Source: Xylella taiwanensis
Lineage (GTDB): Bacteria; Pseudomonadota; Gammaproteobacteria; Xanthomonadales; Xanthomonadaceae
DNA: 32,000 nucleotides
Direction of reading: 5' to 3'
Assembly: GCF_013177435.1 (NCBI RefSeq)
Contig: NZ_CP053627.1
Span: forward strand, 870,001 to 902,000
In this document: in pieces, positions 9,342 to 19,146 of the stretch
Layout: each line of letters starts with the position of its first letter
Numbering within the stretch: position 1 is the first letter of the stretch
The notes under the pieces: model-generated
Told to the model about the DNA's origin: nothing
Database searches by the model: none
Seen by the model: the letters and a program-made list of their open reading frames with translations, nothing else
Made by a program: the position numbers and the translations under genes

Positions 9342-9686
9342 CAGTTCGAGACACTGCTCAGCATCAAAACCCGTTGTTGGGCAAGGTGATCAGGACTATG
9401 TAATGCCTATCCTATTGATCTCTTGCAGGTCAACAGGAGTGTGACCGGAAGAGCTGTATGCCGACCATGTCTTCCCACCTCCCCTACCATGATGCTATCA
9501 ACGTCGGCGATTGTGCCGTGTTGGCTCGATGCAGAATCAACTTCAATAGCGACTGTTGGCTTATTCTCAGTAGGAAGCGTTGATGTTGGTGTTGTGGTGC
9601 TGTGCAATGGTCTTGGGTCCGGACTAGCTGTGCGATACGGTCTCGCTGTAGCAATGTGTTTAATGTGTTTCTGGTGCATCGCACAT

Positions 9687-9721
9687 AAAAAAACGGCGGA
9701 CCCGACGAGGCGGTCCGCCGT
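9687..9721 (-). terminator. Rho-independent terminator of the yceI operon (minus strand)
   Basis: Perfect 10-bp stem ACGGCGGACC / GGTCCGCCGT with a 9-nt loop. On the minus strand it is followed by a 7-T run (plus-strand A-run 9687-9693). It starts 20 nt after the yceI stop at 9742. Confidence 0.8.
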
Positions 9722-9741
9722 TTGAGGTGCTGTAGCGAGCC

Positions 9742-10308
9742 TTACTTGGCCTTGAATACGACCTTGGTGCTGATTGCGGTCTCGTTTGGAATGATTTTGA
9801 TGTCAGCCCAGTCACCGCTTCCTATACCGAAATCCAGTCGATTGACGGTGGCTTTGCCGATCAGAATGGGTTGTGTACCCGGGGTCCAGGTGAAGTTCAG
9901 TGTGACCGGTTTGGTCATGCCGTGCAGCTCTAGTGTGCCATCGGCAGCGTACTTGCCATTGCCTAACGCACGGAACGCGTCGGCGCGATAGTGCGCTGTT
10001 GCGAACTTGCTAACGTTGAAGAAATCTGCGCTCTGCAGTGTTGAGTCGCGATCATTGTCGCCGGTGTGCACATTGGTCAGCGGGATAGCGACGTCCAGGC
10101 GTGCCCTGGATAGGTCGTTTGGGTCGAAACTCATTTGGGTCCGAAAGCCAGGGAAAGTGCCCGTGAACACTTTGCCATCGTACTTGTTAGAAAATACCAA
10201 GATCGAACCGGACGTTTCCACATAGTCGGTTGCGCACGCTGGGGCAACGGTGTAGCCAATCACCAGGACGGCGGTGGTTAGCACTAGGTAAAAGGACCCC
10301 TTGAACAT
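9742..10308 (-). CDS. YceI-family periplasmic polyisoprenoid-binding protein
   Basis: 188 aa with a signal peptide. YceI-like motifs (VHTGDNDRDSTLQSADFFNVSKFATAHY; LELHGMTKPVTL). Confidence 0.85.
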   Translation of the reverse strand: MFKGSFYLVLTTAVLVIGYTVAPACATDYVETSGSILVFSNKYDGKVFTGTFPGFRTQMSFDPNDLSRARLDVAIPLTNVHTGDNDRDSTLQSADFFNVSKFATAHYRADAFRALGNGKYAADGTLELHGMTKPVTLNFTWTPGTQPILIGKATVNRLDFGIGSGDWADIKIIPNETAISTKVVFKAK

Positions 10309-10318
10309 ACACGACTCC

Positions 10319-10885
10319 TTAGGATTTCGATGAGAACCAGTTGCGTGGCAGCATCCGTGCCAGGGTGGCGTCTCGTTGGATCAGATGATGGTAGAAAGCA
10401 GCGCCGGCATGCAATACGACTAAGCTGACGAGTGTCCAGAAGCCAAATTTGTGGATCTCGTGGGCGACTCCACGTATCGCTTCGTTTGGCGACACCAACG
10501 CGGGCATCTCGAACAAACCAAACCAGTAGAACGGGCGCAGACCACGCGCTGAATCATACAGCCAACCGGCCAGCGGGATAGTAAAAATCAGCACGTACAG
10601 CAGCACATGAGTGACATTGGCGACCCGCTCCTGCCAGCCGGGTGTGCCAGGTACTGGCTTAGGTGCACCGGCATAGAGGCGCCAAAGCAGACGTAGTACA
10701 GCCAGTACCAGTACGCTGATGCCTATCGATTTGTGTGCGGTGTAAACCCAGAAGTAATTCGGAGTTTTGGGCAGGTTGCCCATGGTGAGACCAACGATTC
10801 CTAAACCTAGGATCAGCACAGCGATCAACCAGTGCAGTGTCTGGCTCAGGCTGCCCCATCGTTCAGCAGTGTTCTTCAGAGTCAT
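10319..10885 (-). CDS. Cytochrome b561 family protein (CybB/YceJ-like)
   Basis: 188 aa with four predicted TM helices. Conserved His residues (SQTLHWLIAV, AHKSIG, VTHVLLY, HAGAAFYHH). Sits between two yceI genes with 10- and 11-nt spacers. Confidence 0.85.
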   Translation of the reverse strand: MTLKNTAERWGSLSQTLHWLIAVLILGLGIVGLTMGNLPKTPNYFWVYTAHKSIGISVLVLAVLRLLWRLYAGAPKPVPGTPGWQERVANVTHVLLYVLIFTIPLAGWLYDSARGLRPFYWFGLFEMPALVSPNEAIRGVAHEIHKFGFWTLVSLVVLHAGAAFYHHLIQRDATLARMLPRNWFSSKS

Positions 10886-10896
10886 TATCAGTTTTC

Positions 10897-11619
10897 CTAC
10901 GGTGTGGTATCTGTTTCTTCGCCTGTATTGGTTTCGTGCGGCGTTGCATCTGACCCCTTTGCATTGCTTGATGTTGTCGTGGCCTTATGCACAGCCTGGT
11001 CCGTTGCCTCCTTGCTGATGATTCCTTCACGTACAGCTTCAACTTCAATGCGCAGCTGTACTTCATCGCCTATCATTGATTTCCAGGCACTGATTCCGAA
11101 AGCGGCACGGCTGAGTGTGGTGTTGGCCGAGAAGCCGGCGGTACGCCGAAACGGAGGCAAAGGATGGCGCTTTATCCCATAGAAGGTGATGTCCAATACC
11201 ACCTCGTGAGTGATTCCATGCAGGGTGAGTTGGCCGACGACCTGCCCTTTGGACGGCGTGGTGGAGGTGACTTGGCTAGAGACAAAGTGTGCCTCTGGAT
11301 AGCGCGTAGCATCAAGCAGTCCCTGCGCCAAGGTGGCTTTGTTCCACTTGGCATCGCCCAGGTCCACACGCTGCAATGGTATGCGCACGTCCAGGTGTGC
11401 GCTGGACCAGTTGTCCGGATCGAAGTCAAGTGTCCCGGTGCTTCCGGAGACCGTACCAAGGGCCTTTGAGATACCAGCGTGGTCGATTGCGAATACGATC
11501 CGGGTATGCACTGGGTCCAGTACGTAGCGGGTTGTGGCCGCGGTGCTCGCAAGCGGGACGGCGAGCAATAAGGCAAGTAACGGAAATGTGCAACGCAACA
11601 TAGCCTTGATTTTAGTCAT
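10897..11619 (-). CDS. YceI-family protein with a low-complexity T/S/E-rich C-terminal tail
   Basis: 240 aa with a signal peptide (LLALLLAVPLASTAA). YceI core (LTLHGITHEVVLDITF). The last ~45 residues are low complexity (KATTTSSNAKGSDATPHETNTGEETDTTP). Confidence 0.8.
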   Translation of the reverse strand: MTKIKAMLRCTFPLLALLLAVPLASTAATTRYVLDPVHTRIVFAIDHAGISKALGTVSGSTGTLDFDPDNWSSAHLDVRIPLQRVDLGDAKWNKATLAQGLLDATRYPEAHFVSSQVTSTTPSKGQVVGQLTLHGITHEVVLDITFYGIKRHPLPPFRRTAGFSANTTLSRAAFGISAWKSMIGDEVQLRIEVEAVREGIISKEATDQAVHKATTTSSNAKGSDATPHETNTGEETDTTP

Positions 11620-11693
11620 ACTTTTTCCAGTGTGTGTTGCGTCTGCAACGATCCGTTGCGACTATGTCAATAAAAAGGAATTGAGATGGCTGG

Positions 11694-14600
11694 ATGGGGT
11701 GTTTGAAGATCGTGTGTGGGGGCATGCTGGCGGCGCTGCTCGTGTTGGTGTTGTTCGTTACAGCTACAGCGGCGGTGCCGGAGATGCCACGCTTCCGTGT
11801 CCTTGATGCGACGAGCGGGTTGCCATCCAATGTGGTGCGAGCGATGGTCCAGGACGCTGCTGGTTATTTGTGGCTGGCGACGGGCGATGGTCTGGCGCGC
11901 TATGACGGCACCGCATTCAAGGTGTGGCGCCATGATCCTGACGATCCAGGCTCACTCCCGGGCAATTCATTGCTGGCTTTGTATATTGATGGACAGGACA
12001 GGATCTGGGTGTTGTCTGAGAATGCTGGGCTTGCTGTGCTCGATCCACAGCGCCGTCGCTTCACCTTGGTTCCAGTGGGTTCGGTTGCTAAAACGGACGC
12101 GTTACAGACGCTGACCGGTCGTGGCGATGCGATCTGGCTGGGTGGTCTACATGCTTCAGTCATGCGAATTGGTGTGGGAGGAACGCTCACCCGTTATGCG
12201 CTGGCTGATGTTGCGCCGTCCCTGACGGATACCCCGGTTGTAGCGTTGACCTTCGATGCCAATGGACGACTTTGGGTGGGCACGCCTGACGGCCTGCTGT
12301 ATTTAGAGGGGGGGCGTTTACATTTGGCGCCGCCGCCTTTGGACAAGGCCTCGATTTATTCGATTGTTGCCGTGGGTACCCGGCTGTGGGTTGGCACTAC
12401 CGATGGCGTGTACGTGCAGGACGCTGATGGCCGCTGGCGTGCGCCGAATTGGGGGCCAATGTTTGCTTTCGGCAATCTACTGTGGTCTGTGGCTGATGCT
12501 GGTGATGGTGAATTCTGGCTGGGGAGCGAGCGTGGCCTGTGGCGTACTCGTCAAGAGCGACCACCAGTTCAGATACCTTTGGGTGACATGAACCATGGCG
12601 CAGCTGTTGTTTCGGCCCTGTGGCGCGACACGAGTGGCGGACTGTGGGTACCGATCTATGGCCGCGGTCTAGGCTATCTGCGCCAGGATTGGAAGCGAAT
12701 GGCGGTTGTGCGGCCTAGTGATGGTGATGAGGGTGCCTATTGCAATGTTGCGCCGGCGGCGTATTCGGGCGGGCTGTGGCAGTTGAACAGCGTTGGACAG
12801 TTGATGCGTCTAAATACCAGCACCGGTGAACTGGTACAAACGGGATGGCAGCGAAACGAATTGCGCGGCATGAAGGTGACCAGCACATTGGAGGACAGCC
12901 GTGGTCGGTTGTGGCTGGCAAACATGCAAAATGGCTTAGCGCGGCTGGACCTGCGAAATGGAGAATGGCGTGAGTGGTCCTCAGATGGACACGACGCGAT
13001 TCCGCTGTATGGTCCTATTGCTTGGATTGTGGAAATGCCAGATGCCAGCCTTTGGCTAGAAGCGTTGGGCGTGTTGCAGCAACGGGATCTCGAAAGCGGG
13101 CGTGTGTTAAATCAGATTGCACCGGGCAGCCATGGCCTGGATGGTTCCAACATTGAGCAGATCGGCCTTGGTCCGGATGGACGATTGTGGCTGGCTTCCG
13201 GCAGTGGCGTGTATGCCTGGGAGCCACAGACCCACATGTTCGTGCCGATACCGGGTTTGGCTGGAGAGCGTGCCTACAGCTTTGTCGCGACGGGGAAAGA
13301 TGAACTCTGGGTGCATCGGTTACGGGGCTTGGAGCAATGGCGGCACAGTGGTCATGGTTGGCAGCGGGTCGCCTGGGTGGGGCCGCATCATGGACTGCCT
13401 GCCATGGAGTCACTGGGGATGCAGCATGACGCACATGGCCGCATCTGGTTGTCTACACGCCGCGGCCTGTGGCGTATTGATAATGCCGAAGAGCTGGAGG
13501 TGCGTAACTTTGGTTTGCGTGACGGTCTTGGCAGCCAGGAGTTTGCTGATGCGTGCTTGTGGATGGCTCCGGATGGTGTGCTGGTGGGTGGTACTACCGA
13601 CGGTTACCTGATGCTATTTGACACCGCGATGTCCGACCCGGCGCCCTTTGTGCCTCAGCTACGCATGGAGACCGCCAGTGTGATCCGTGCTGGACGCCGC
13701 ACCAATTTGCCGACTGATCAGCCCTTTGAACTGTTGCCTAATGATCGCCAACTGCTTGTCGGTGCGCGGTTGCTCTCCTTTGGTGATCCGTTGTCCAACC
13801 GTTACAGTTATTGGTTAAAGGGTTTCGATACAGGGTGGGTTGATCAGGGTACCAGCGGTACACGGGAATTCTCTTCGCTACCCTCGGCTGACTACACCTT
13901 ATTGATTCAGGGTACCGACGCGATGGGCAATCTGTCGCGCATCCACTTGGTGAAGTTTCGCGTACTGCCGCCCTGGTGGCGCAGCGTCTGGGGGATGAGC
14001 GTATTGACGGGGATCGGATTGCTATTGGTCTGGGGCGTTACGTGGAACTACCATCGCCGGTTACGGCGTCGTGCTCGCTTGCAGCTGGAGCAACATAAAC
14101 GTGAAGTTGCCGAGCGGGCCTCGCTGGCTAAAACGCGGTTTTTGGCCACGTTGGGTCACGAAGTACGCACACCGATGACCGGCGTGCTTGGGATGAGCGA
14201 ACTGCTGCTACAGACACCGCTTGATGTGCATCAGCGCGGCTATGCGACTTCGATCCAATCGGCTGGTAAGCACTTACTGCGGTTGGTCAATGATGCTCTG
14301 GATCTGGCCAGAATCGAGGCCGGCAAGCTGCCGCTGGAGCTGCGTGATTTTGAGCTTCATGCGTTGCTGGAACAGGTGGTGGCGATGATGCGCCCGATGG
14401 CTGAGCGCAAGGGGTTGCGCTTTGTCTATAGACTGGATCCAGGGGTGCCGCAGCATCTGCATGGGGATGCCAACCGAGTACAGCAGATTTTGCTCAACCT
14501 GTTGATCAACGCGACCAAATTTACTGAGCAGGGGGACGTCGTGTTGCAGGTTACGCCTGTGCAGGAGCAACCGCGGCTTGGTGTACGGATCGAAGTGACC

Positions 14601-15266
14601 GATACCGGTCCCGGACTGAGTGAGGAACAAAGCCAGCGCTTGTTCCGCCGTTTCGAGCAGGCGAAGGGTGCCTCCACCGCAGCCCGTTATGGTGGCAGTG
14701 GACTCGGTTTGGCCATCTGCCGCGAGTTGGCCACCGTGATGGGGGGGTATATCCAAGTGGACAGCCAGCTTGGTAAGGGCACCTGTTTCCGTGTTGATCT
14801 GCCTCTTCCATGGGTGTTGGCGGCTCAACCTGCGGTTGCTGACATGGTTGCGGCACCCTCACCCTTGTCCAATCCATTGCATCTACTCCTGGTCGAGGAC
14901 GACCCGACTGTGGCTGATGTGATCGCCGGACTGTTGCGTATCCGTGGGCATCGTGTCACTCACGTTTTGCATGGATTGGCGGCATTAACGGAGGTGACGG
15001 TGACCTGTTTCGACGCCTGTTTATGTGATCTTGATTTGCCGGGATTGGATGGCACCGAATTAATTGTGCAACTGCGCGCCCAGGGTAAGCACTTTCCAAT
15101 CGTCGTGGTCACCGCGCGTACCGATGCCGATGCTGAGGTGCAGGCGCTACACGCTGGCGGTGATGCATTTTTACGCAAACCTGTGACCGGTGACATGCTT
15201 GAGCAGGTGCTCACTCAGGTGTTGAATGTGCGCCGTGGAGATGGCGATGTGTGTACACCAACATAA
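11694..15266 (+). CDS. Hybrid sensor histidine kinase/response regulator with periplasmic two-component-regulator propeller repeats and a Y_Y_Y domain
   Basis: 1190 aa. N-terminal signal/anchor, then many repeats of the type LWVGTxDGL / LWLASxxGV, and a TM segment (WGMSVLTGIGLLLVWGV). H-box FLATLGHEVRTPMTGVLG, HATPase G-boxes (DTGPGL, GGSGLGLAI) and a C-terminal REC domain (LLLVEDDP...DLDLPGLDG). ATG 11724 is an alternative start. Confidence 0.9.
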   Translation: MGCLKIVCGGMLAALLVLVLFVTATAAVPEMPRFRVLDATSGLPSNVVRAMVQDAAGYLWLATGDGLARYDGTAFKVWRHDPDDPGSLPGNSLLALYIDGQDRIWVLSENAGLAVLDPQRRRFTLVPVGSVAKTDALQTLTGRGDAIWLGGLHASVMRIGVGGTLTRYALADVAPSLTDTPVVALTFDANGRLWVGTPDGLLYLEGGRLHLAPPPLDKASIYSIVAVGTRLWVGTTDGVYVQDADGRWRAPNWGPMFAFGNLLWSVADAGDGEFWLGSERGLWRTRQERPPVQIPLGDMNHGAAVVSALWRDTSGGLWVPIYGRGLGYLRQDWKRMAVVRPSDGDEGAYCNVAPAAYSGGLWQLNSVGQLMRLNTSTGELVQTGWQRNELRGMKVTSTLEDSRGRLWLANMQNGLARLDLRNGEWREWSSDGHDAIPLYGPIAWIVEMPDASLWLEALGVLQQRDLESGRVLNQIAPGSHGLDGSNIEQIGLGPDGRLWLASGSGVYAWEPQTHMFVPIPGLAGERAYSFVATGKDELWVHRLRGLEQWRHSGHGWQRVAWVGPHHGLPAMESLGMQHDAHGRIWLSTRRGLWRIDNAEELEVRNFGLRDGLGSQEFADACLWMAPDGVLVGGTTDGYLMLFDTAMSDPAPFVPQLRMETASVIRAGRRTNLPTDQPFELLPNDRQLLVGARLLSFGDPLSNRYSYWLKGFDTGWVDQGTSGTREFSSLPSADYTLLIQGTDAMGNLSRIHLVKFRVLPPWWRSVWGMSVLTGIGLLLVWGVTWNYHRRLRRRARLQLEQHKREVAERASLAKTRFLATLGHEVRTPMTGVLGMSELLLQTPLDVHQRGYATSIQSAGKHLLRLVNDALDLARIEAGKLPLELRDFELHALLEQVVAMMRPMAERKGLRFVYRLDPGVPQHLHGDANRVQQILLNLLINATKFTEQGDVVLQVTPVQEQPRLGVRIEVTDTGPGLSEEQSQRLFRRFEQAKGASTAARYGGSGLGLAICRELATVMGGYIQVDSQLGKGTCFRVDLPLPWVLAAQPAVADMVAAPSPLSNPLHLLLVEDDPTVADVIAGLLRIRGHRVTHVLHGLAALTEVTVTCFDACLCDLDLPGLDGTELIVQLRAQGKHFPIVVVTARTDADAEVQALHAGGDAFLRKPVTGDMLEQVLTQVLNVRRGDGDVCTPT

Positions 15267-15554
15267 ATTGGTCAATGAATACGCATCCGTTTCGTCGTGG
15301 CGTTACCGCGCGATAAAAGGTCGGTGTGGTGGATAGTGCGATCCTATGATCCTGCTGAGGTATGGACGTTGGCATGGCTGTCAGTGCAGCACGTGCTGCG
15401 TTGTTGCAGAGCGTGTCAGGCAGTGGCTAAAACAGCTTTTGCGTATGGTGCGGGTGCATGATTGCCATTGCCAGGTACTGGTGGTGACCGCCCACTTGGG
15501 TGTACTACGATCGAGTGTCGAACCATCTGGACATGGCCTTTGGTCTGGCCCTGT

Positions 15555-16514
15555 TTAACCTGGTTCTGGGTTTGCCTGAATGATATGTGTTCGACTGCAC
15601 GCGTGGATGATGTGACCAAGTCCGTTGGGTACGAGGCGGGCTTTGACGTCATGTTTACGCATGTTGGTCAGCCGCTCGATGCTGACCAACCCGATTTCTG
15701 GTGGGTTGCCTTTGCAAGGTAGGTCTTTGGTGTGCCTGGATCGAATAGTGCCGTCGATGCATGAGTTCCTTGACACACGGGCATGCTGGTTTCAGCTGTT
15801 GGCTATCGATGCTATTGAACCAGGCCGATGATTGGAGCTTGCGAATGATGCTTTCTGATCTGTGCAGATCGAAATGTGCGGAGGCTGTGTCGTGCGCGGT
15901 GGATGGCTGTATCGGCGATCACACGGTGCCTTCCATGAAATAATTTTTTGGAAACCAGCCCTTTCGGATCCATTGCCGCTCTATGACGAGGCGATGGACT
16001 GGGTCGGCCAAGCGGCACACCACGTGTTTTTGGCGGCTGATGCGGGAGAACGGCTCGGTGCGCTCTTCGAGAGAGCATGTTTGCAGCTGGGGAGGTTGTT
16101 TTGTGAGTTGCCGGTCGAGACAGGAGCAGCAGGGCGTTTCGTTCCCTGGATCGTTGCTAGCCTCCAAAGTCTGAAGAAGACGATCTTGGAATTGAACCTT
16201 GCTGTGGGCGTGGATCTGGATGATGCGCACATGGCATCACACATGCGTGATGTGCTGTCAGGTCGATGATCCACAGGTCTGCACGTGGGCGACAGTCTAG
16301 CGATCATCAGGGAAGGGATGCCCGGTGCGTGCAGTTGCTTTGAATATCGCAAAGCTGAGGTTGTATAGCAGTGCGCCCTTGTTGAACAGATGCAAGGTAC
16401 TGAGATCACTCAGGTGCGTGTCGATCCAGTGGGCGGTCCAGTGTTTTGAAATTGGTATGAAAACTCAGTGTTCAGCGCATCGTTGAACACTTTCGACTCT
16501 GAATGGTGTTGCAT
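15555..16514 (-). pseudogene. tnpA: Tn3-family (Tn21/Tn501-like) transposase tnpA, N-terminal ~300 codons, disrupted by frameshifts and stops
   Basis: Minus-strand pieces lie in different frames:
- ATG 16514: MQHHSESKVFNDALNTEF.
- 16464->16300: FIPISKHWTAHWIDTHLSDLSTLHLFNKGALLYNLSFAIFKATARTGHPFPDDR-stop.
- ORF 15919..16230: HAHSKVQFQDRLLQTL and SRQKHVVCRLADPVHRLVIE.
- ORF 15555..15776: NPPEIGLVSIERLTNMRKHDV.
These are collinear with my recollection of the TnpA N-terminus (LPDSKDDLIRHYTFNDTDLSII..RLGFAVQLCYLRFPG; YGQREQTRREHL; RRQSVILPALNAVERA; HIERLKAWQAL). The left limit is uncertain and could extend to about 15300. Confidence 0.6.
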
Positions 16515-16537
16515 TGCCAGATTCCAGTTGTTGACCC
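16501..16537 (-). repeat. Candidate degenerate Tn3-family terminal inverted repeat
   Basis: The minus strand reads GGGTCAACAACTGGAATCTGGCAATGCAACACCATTC. It shares the outer GGGTCA and the ACTGGAA block with the well preserved IR at 20958-20994. The outer end is 16 nt from the hemE stop codon. Confidence 0.3.
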
Positions 16538-16553
16538 TGGGGTACAGGGTGTG

Positions 16554-17618
16554 TCAACGACGACTCAAGCGTTGCACTGCTTCGACAAGAGCGGCGACGT
16601 GATCCGGATCCATGCCAGGTGACATGCCGTGGCCAAGGTTGAACACATGACCCTCGCGTGAGCCACCGTTACCCGCCGCGTAGCTGTCCAGGGTGCGTTG
16701 TACCTCGTGCGCGATGGCGTGTGGTGTTCCGTACAGCGTGGCCGGGTCGAGGTTGCCTTGTAATGCAACCTGGCCGTTGGTGCGCCGTGCGGCCTCCTCT
16801 AACTCGATGGTCCAGTCCACGCCGACGGCTTCGGTACCGGTCATGGCCAGCTCGGCGACGTAAGGTCCGTTCCCTTTACCAAACAGCACGAGTGGTGTGC
16901 GTTCGCTGCCAGTGCCGCGTTCCAGTTCGCGCGCAATGCGCGCCAAGTAGGGTAGCGAGAATGTGCGGTACATGGTTGGCGACAGCACGCCTCCCCAGGT
17001 GTCGAACACCTGCAGTGCCTGTGCGCCAGCGGCGCGCTGTGCTGCCAAGTAGCTGATCACCGCGGTGGTGACGGTGTCTAGCAGTTGGTGCAGCACTTCT
17101 GGCGCGTTGAATGCCATGGCTTTGATGCGTGCGTACTCTTTGCTGCTCCCTCCTTCGATCATGTAGCAGGCCAGTGTCCATGGACTGCCGGAAAAACCGA
17201 TGAGTGGCACGCTGTTGCCGAGTTCCCGGCGGATCAGCCGCACGGCGTCCATGACGTAGCGTAGTTCGGTTTCCATATCCGGCACGGCGAGCTGCGCAAT
17301 ACTTGCAGCGTCGCGTATCGGCTTGCGGAAGCGTGGTCCCTCACCTTCAATGAAGTGCAGCTCCAGGCCCATCGCGTCGGGGATCATCAGGATGTCGGAG
17401 AACAAAATTGCGGCGTCCAGTGGGAAGCGGCGCAGCGGTTGCAGGGTGATTTCACAGGCAATGTCAGGCGTTTTTGCCATGTTGAGGAAGCTGCCGGCGC
17501 GTTGCCGGGCAGCACGGTATTCTGGCAGATAACGTCCAGCCTGGCGCATCAGCCAGATGGGGGTACGGTCTACGCTGTCGCGTCGCAAGGCGCGCAGCAG
17601 ACGATCATTTTTGAGCAT
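16554..17618 (-). CDS. hemE: Uroporphyrinogen decarboxylase
   Basis: 354 aa. [35 protein letters not shown] is the canonical HemE N-terminus. Confidence 0.95.
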   Translation of the reverse strand: MLKNDRLLRALRRDSVDRTPIWLMRQAGRYLPEYRAARQRAGSFLNMAKTPDIACEITLQPLRRFPLDAAILFSDILMIPDAMGLELHFIEGEGPRFRKPIRDAASIAQLAVPDMETELRYVMDAVRLIRRELGNSVPLIGFSGSPWTLACYMIEGGSSKEYARIKAMAFNAPEVLHQLLDTVTTAVISYLAAQRAAGAQALQVFDTWGGVLSPTMYRTFSLPYLARIARELERGTGSERTPLVLFGKGNGPYVAELAMTGTEAVGVDWTIELEEAARRTNGQVALQGNLDPATLYGTPHAIAHEVQRTLDSYAAGNGGSREGHVFNLGHGMSPGMDPDHVAALVEAVQRLSRR

Positions 17619-18033
17619 GGAGACTCTCAGTGTGACGTGTTGGAATCGCGGGTGAGTATGACCTAGACGGTGTGTTTGGTCTGACTGTTGTGCGTCTTGC
17701 CAAGCACATGCTGTGCCTTGTCTTCAGTGAGGGGCACATCCGCTGCCGCTGGATGCATGTACCGATCTGGCCGTTTTCCTGTATCAGAGGTCCTGAGGTT
17801 TGAATAGATCAGGGTGTGGAGGCGTTGGAGAGAATGAGACCGTTCGTTGTCCACAGACGGGTGTTGCAGCAGCGTGTGTGTAGGAACCGATTGTAGCTGC
17901 TGTGGTCATGAAGCTGGTGCGGCTGGTGTGTCCGTGATGGCTCGGTGTATAGGTGGGGTGTCCGTCGGCTGGGGGGCTTGGTTGTTGCATGCTGACAGAT
18001 GTGATGTGGTTTGAGTCTAGTGTTTGGATTGGT

Positions 18034-19146
18034 TTAGCTGGCTAGGATCTGTCGCACCGCTGTTGCATCGACGTCGGAGACGGCCTCGGCCCGGCCAATC
18101 CCCCGCCACAGGACCAGGCGTAAACGGCCCGCGATGTTTTTTTTGTCCAGGTGCATGCGTCCTAGCAGCGCTTCCGGTGTTAGACCTGATGGTAGTGCAG
18201 TGGGCAAGCCGTAGGCATCAAGTAAGCTTTTTAGGGTCTCGGTGTCCTGTGCCGGCGCGAGACCTAAGGCGGTTGACAGGCGTGCGGCGAGTACCATGCC
18301 GACGGCCACTGCTTCACCGTGGTTGAGATTGTTGCTGCCCGGTGTGCTGTAGCCCTGTTCTGTTTCGATGGCATGGCCGAAGGTATGCCCGAGATTGAGC
18401 AGGATGCGTTCGCCTTGCTCAAGTGGATCGCGTCCGACGATGTCTGCTTTGTGTTCGCAGCTACGTGCGATTGCCTGGGCCAGTGCGGCTGGCGCGCGCG
18501 CCAGAAGTGCTTTGCGTTCGGTCTGTAACCAGCGCAAGAACACGGGGTCACGGATGGCACCGTACTTGATGACTTCGCTTAGGCCAGCGCGTAGCTCGCG
18601 TGGCGGTAGTGTGGCAAGGGTGTCGGTGTCGGCGATCACTGCACGTGGCGGATGAAAGGCGCCGACCATGTTTTTACCCTGGGGGATATCCACGGCAGTT
18701 TTGCCGCCGACGGAAGAGTCGACCATCGCCAGCAACGTGGTGGGCACCTGTACGTAGTCTATCCCCCGCATCCAGCAGGCGGCGGTGAAACCTGCCAGAT
18801 CCCCGACGACACCACCGCCGAGTGCAAATATGCAGGCATCACGGGTGGCGCCGAGTTCGGCAAGTGCGGTGATCGCTGCGCCGAAGTTTTCCAGGGTCTT
18901 GGATGCTTCGCCGGCTGGCAGGCTGAACACCTGGAGGCGTAGATCGGGGCGTGCGCGCAGTAGCGTATCCCGTAGGTGTGCGGCATAACGGGGGGCGACT
19001 TCCGAATCACTGAAAATGAGCACATGCCGGCCGCGGATCGCTGTGCTAAGGCGGGCACTGTCGTCCAATAAGCCGCGACCAATGGTGATGGTGTAGGGGG
19101 AGGCGTCACCGACGGTGACAGTGCGCAGCGATGTGGGAGTGGTCAT
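18034..19146 (-). CDS. aroB: 3-dehydroquinate synthase
   Basis: 370 aa. NAD-binding [11 protein letters not shown] and metal-binding [12 protein letters not shown] motifs. The start overlaps the aroK stop (ATGA at 19143-19146). Confidence 0.95.
   Translation of the reverse strand: MTTPTSLRTVTVGDASPYTITIGRGLLDDSARLSTAIRGRHVLIFSDSEVAPRYAAHLRDTLLRARPDLRLQVFSLPAGEASKTLENFGAAITALAELGATRDACIFALGGGVVGDLAGFTAACWMRGIDYVQVPTTLLAMVDSSVGGKTAVDIPQGKNMVGAFHPPRAVIADTDTLATLPPRELRAGLSEVIKYGAIRDPVFLRWLQTERKALLARAPAALAQAIARSCEHKADIVGRDPLEQGERILLNLGHTFGHAIETEQGYSTPGSNNLNHGEAVAVGMVLAARLSTALGLAPAQDTETLKSLLDAYGLPTALPSGLTPEALLGRMHLDKKNIAGRLRLVLWRGIGRAEAVSDVDATAVRQILAS

Noticed and set aside
14274-14828. 184-aa minus-strand ORF inside the hybrid kinase
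   Set aside because: It is antisense to the HisKA/HATPase region, which has clear catalytic motifs on the plus strand.
15862-16409. 135-aa plus-strand ORF (15862..16269) and 142-aa minus-strand ORF (15981..16409), considered as independent genes
   Set aside because: Both lie within the Tn3 tnpA relic. The minus-strand ORF is an out-of-frame read of it and the plus-strand ORF is its antisense. The plus frame also has in-frame stops just upstream (15829-15831 and 15856-15858), and neither ORF has a ribosome-binding site.
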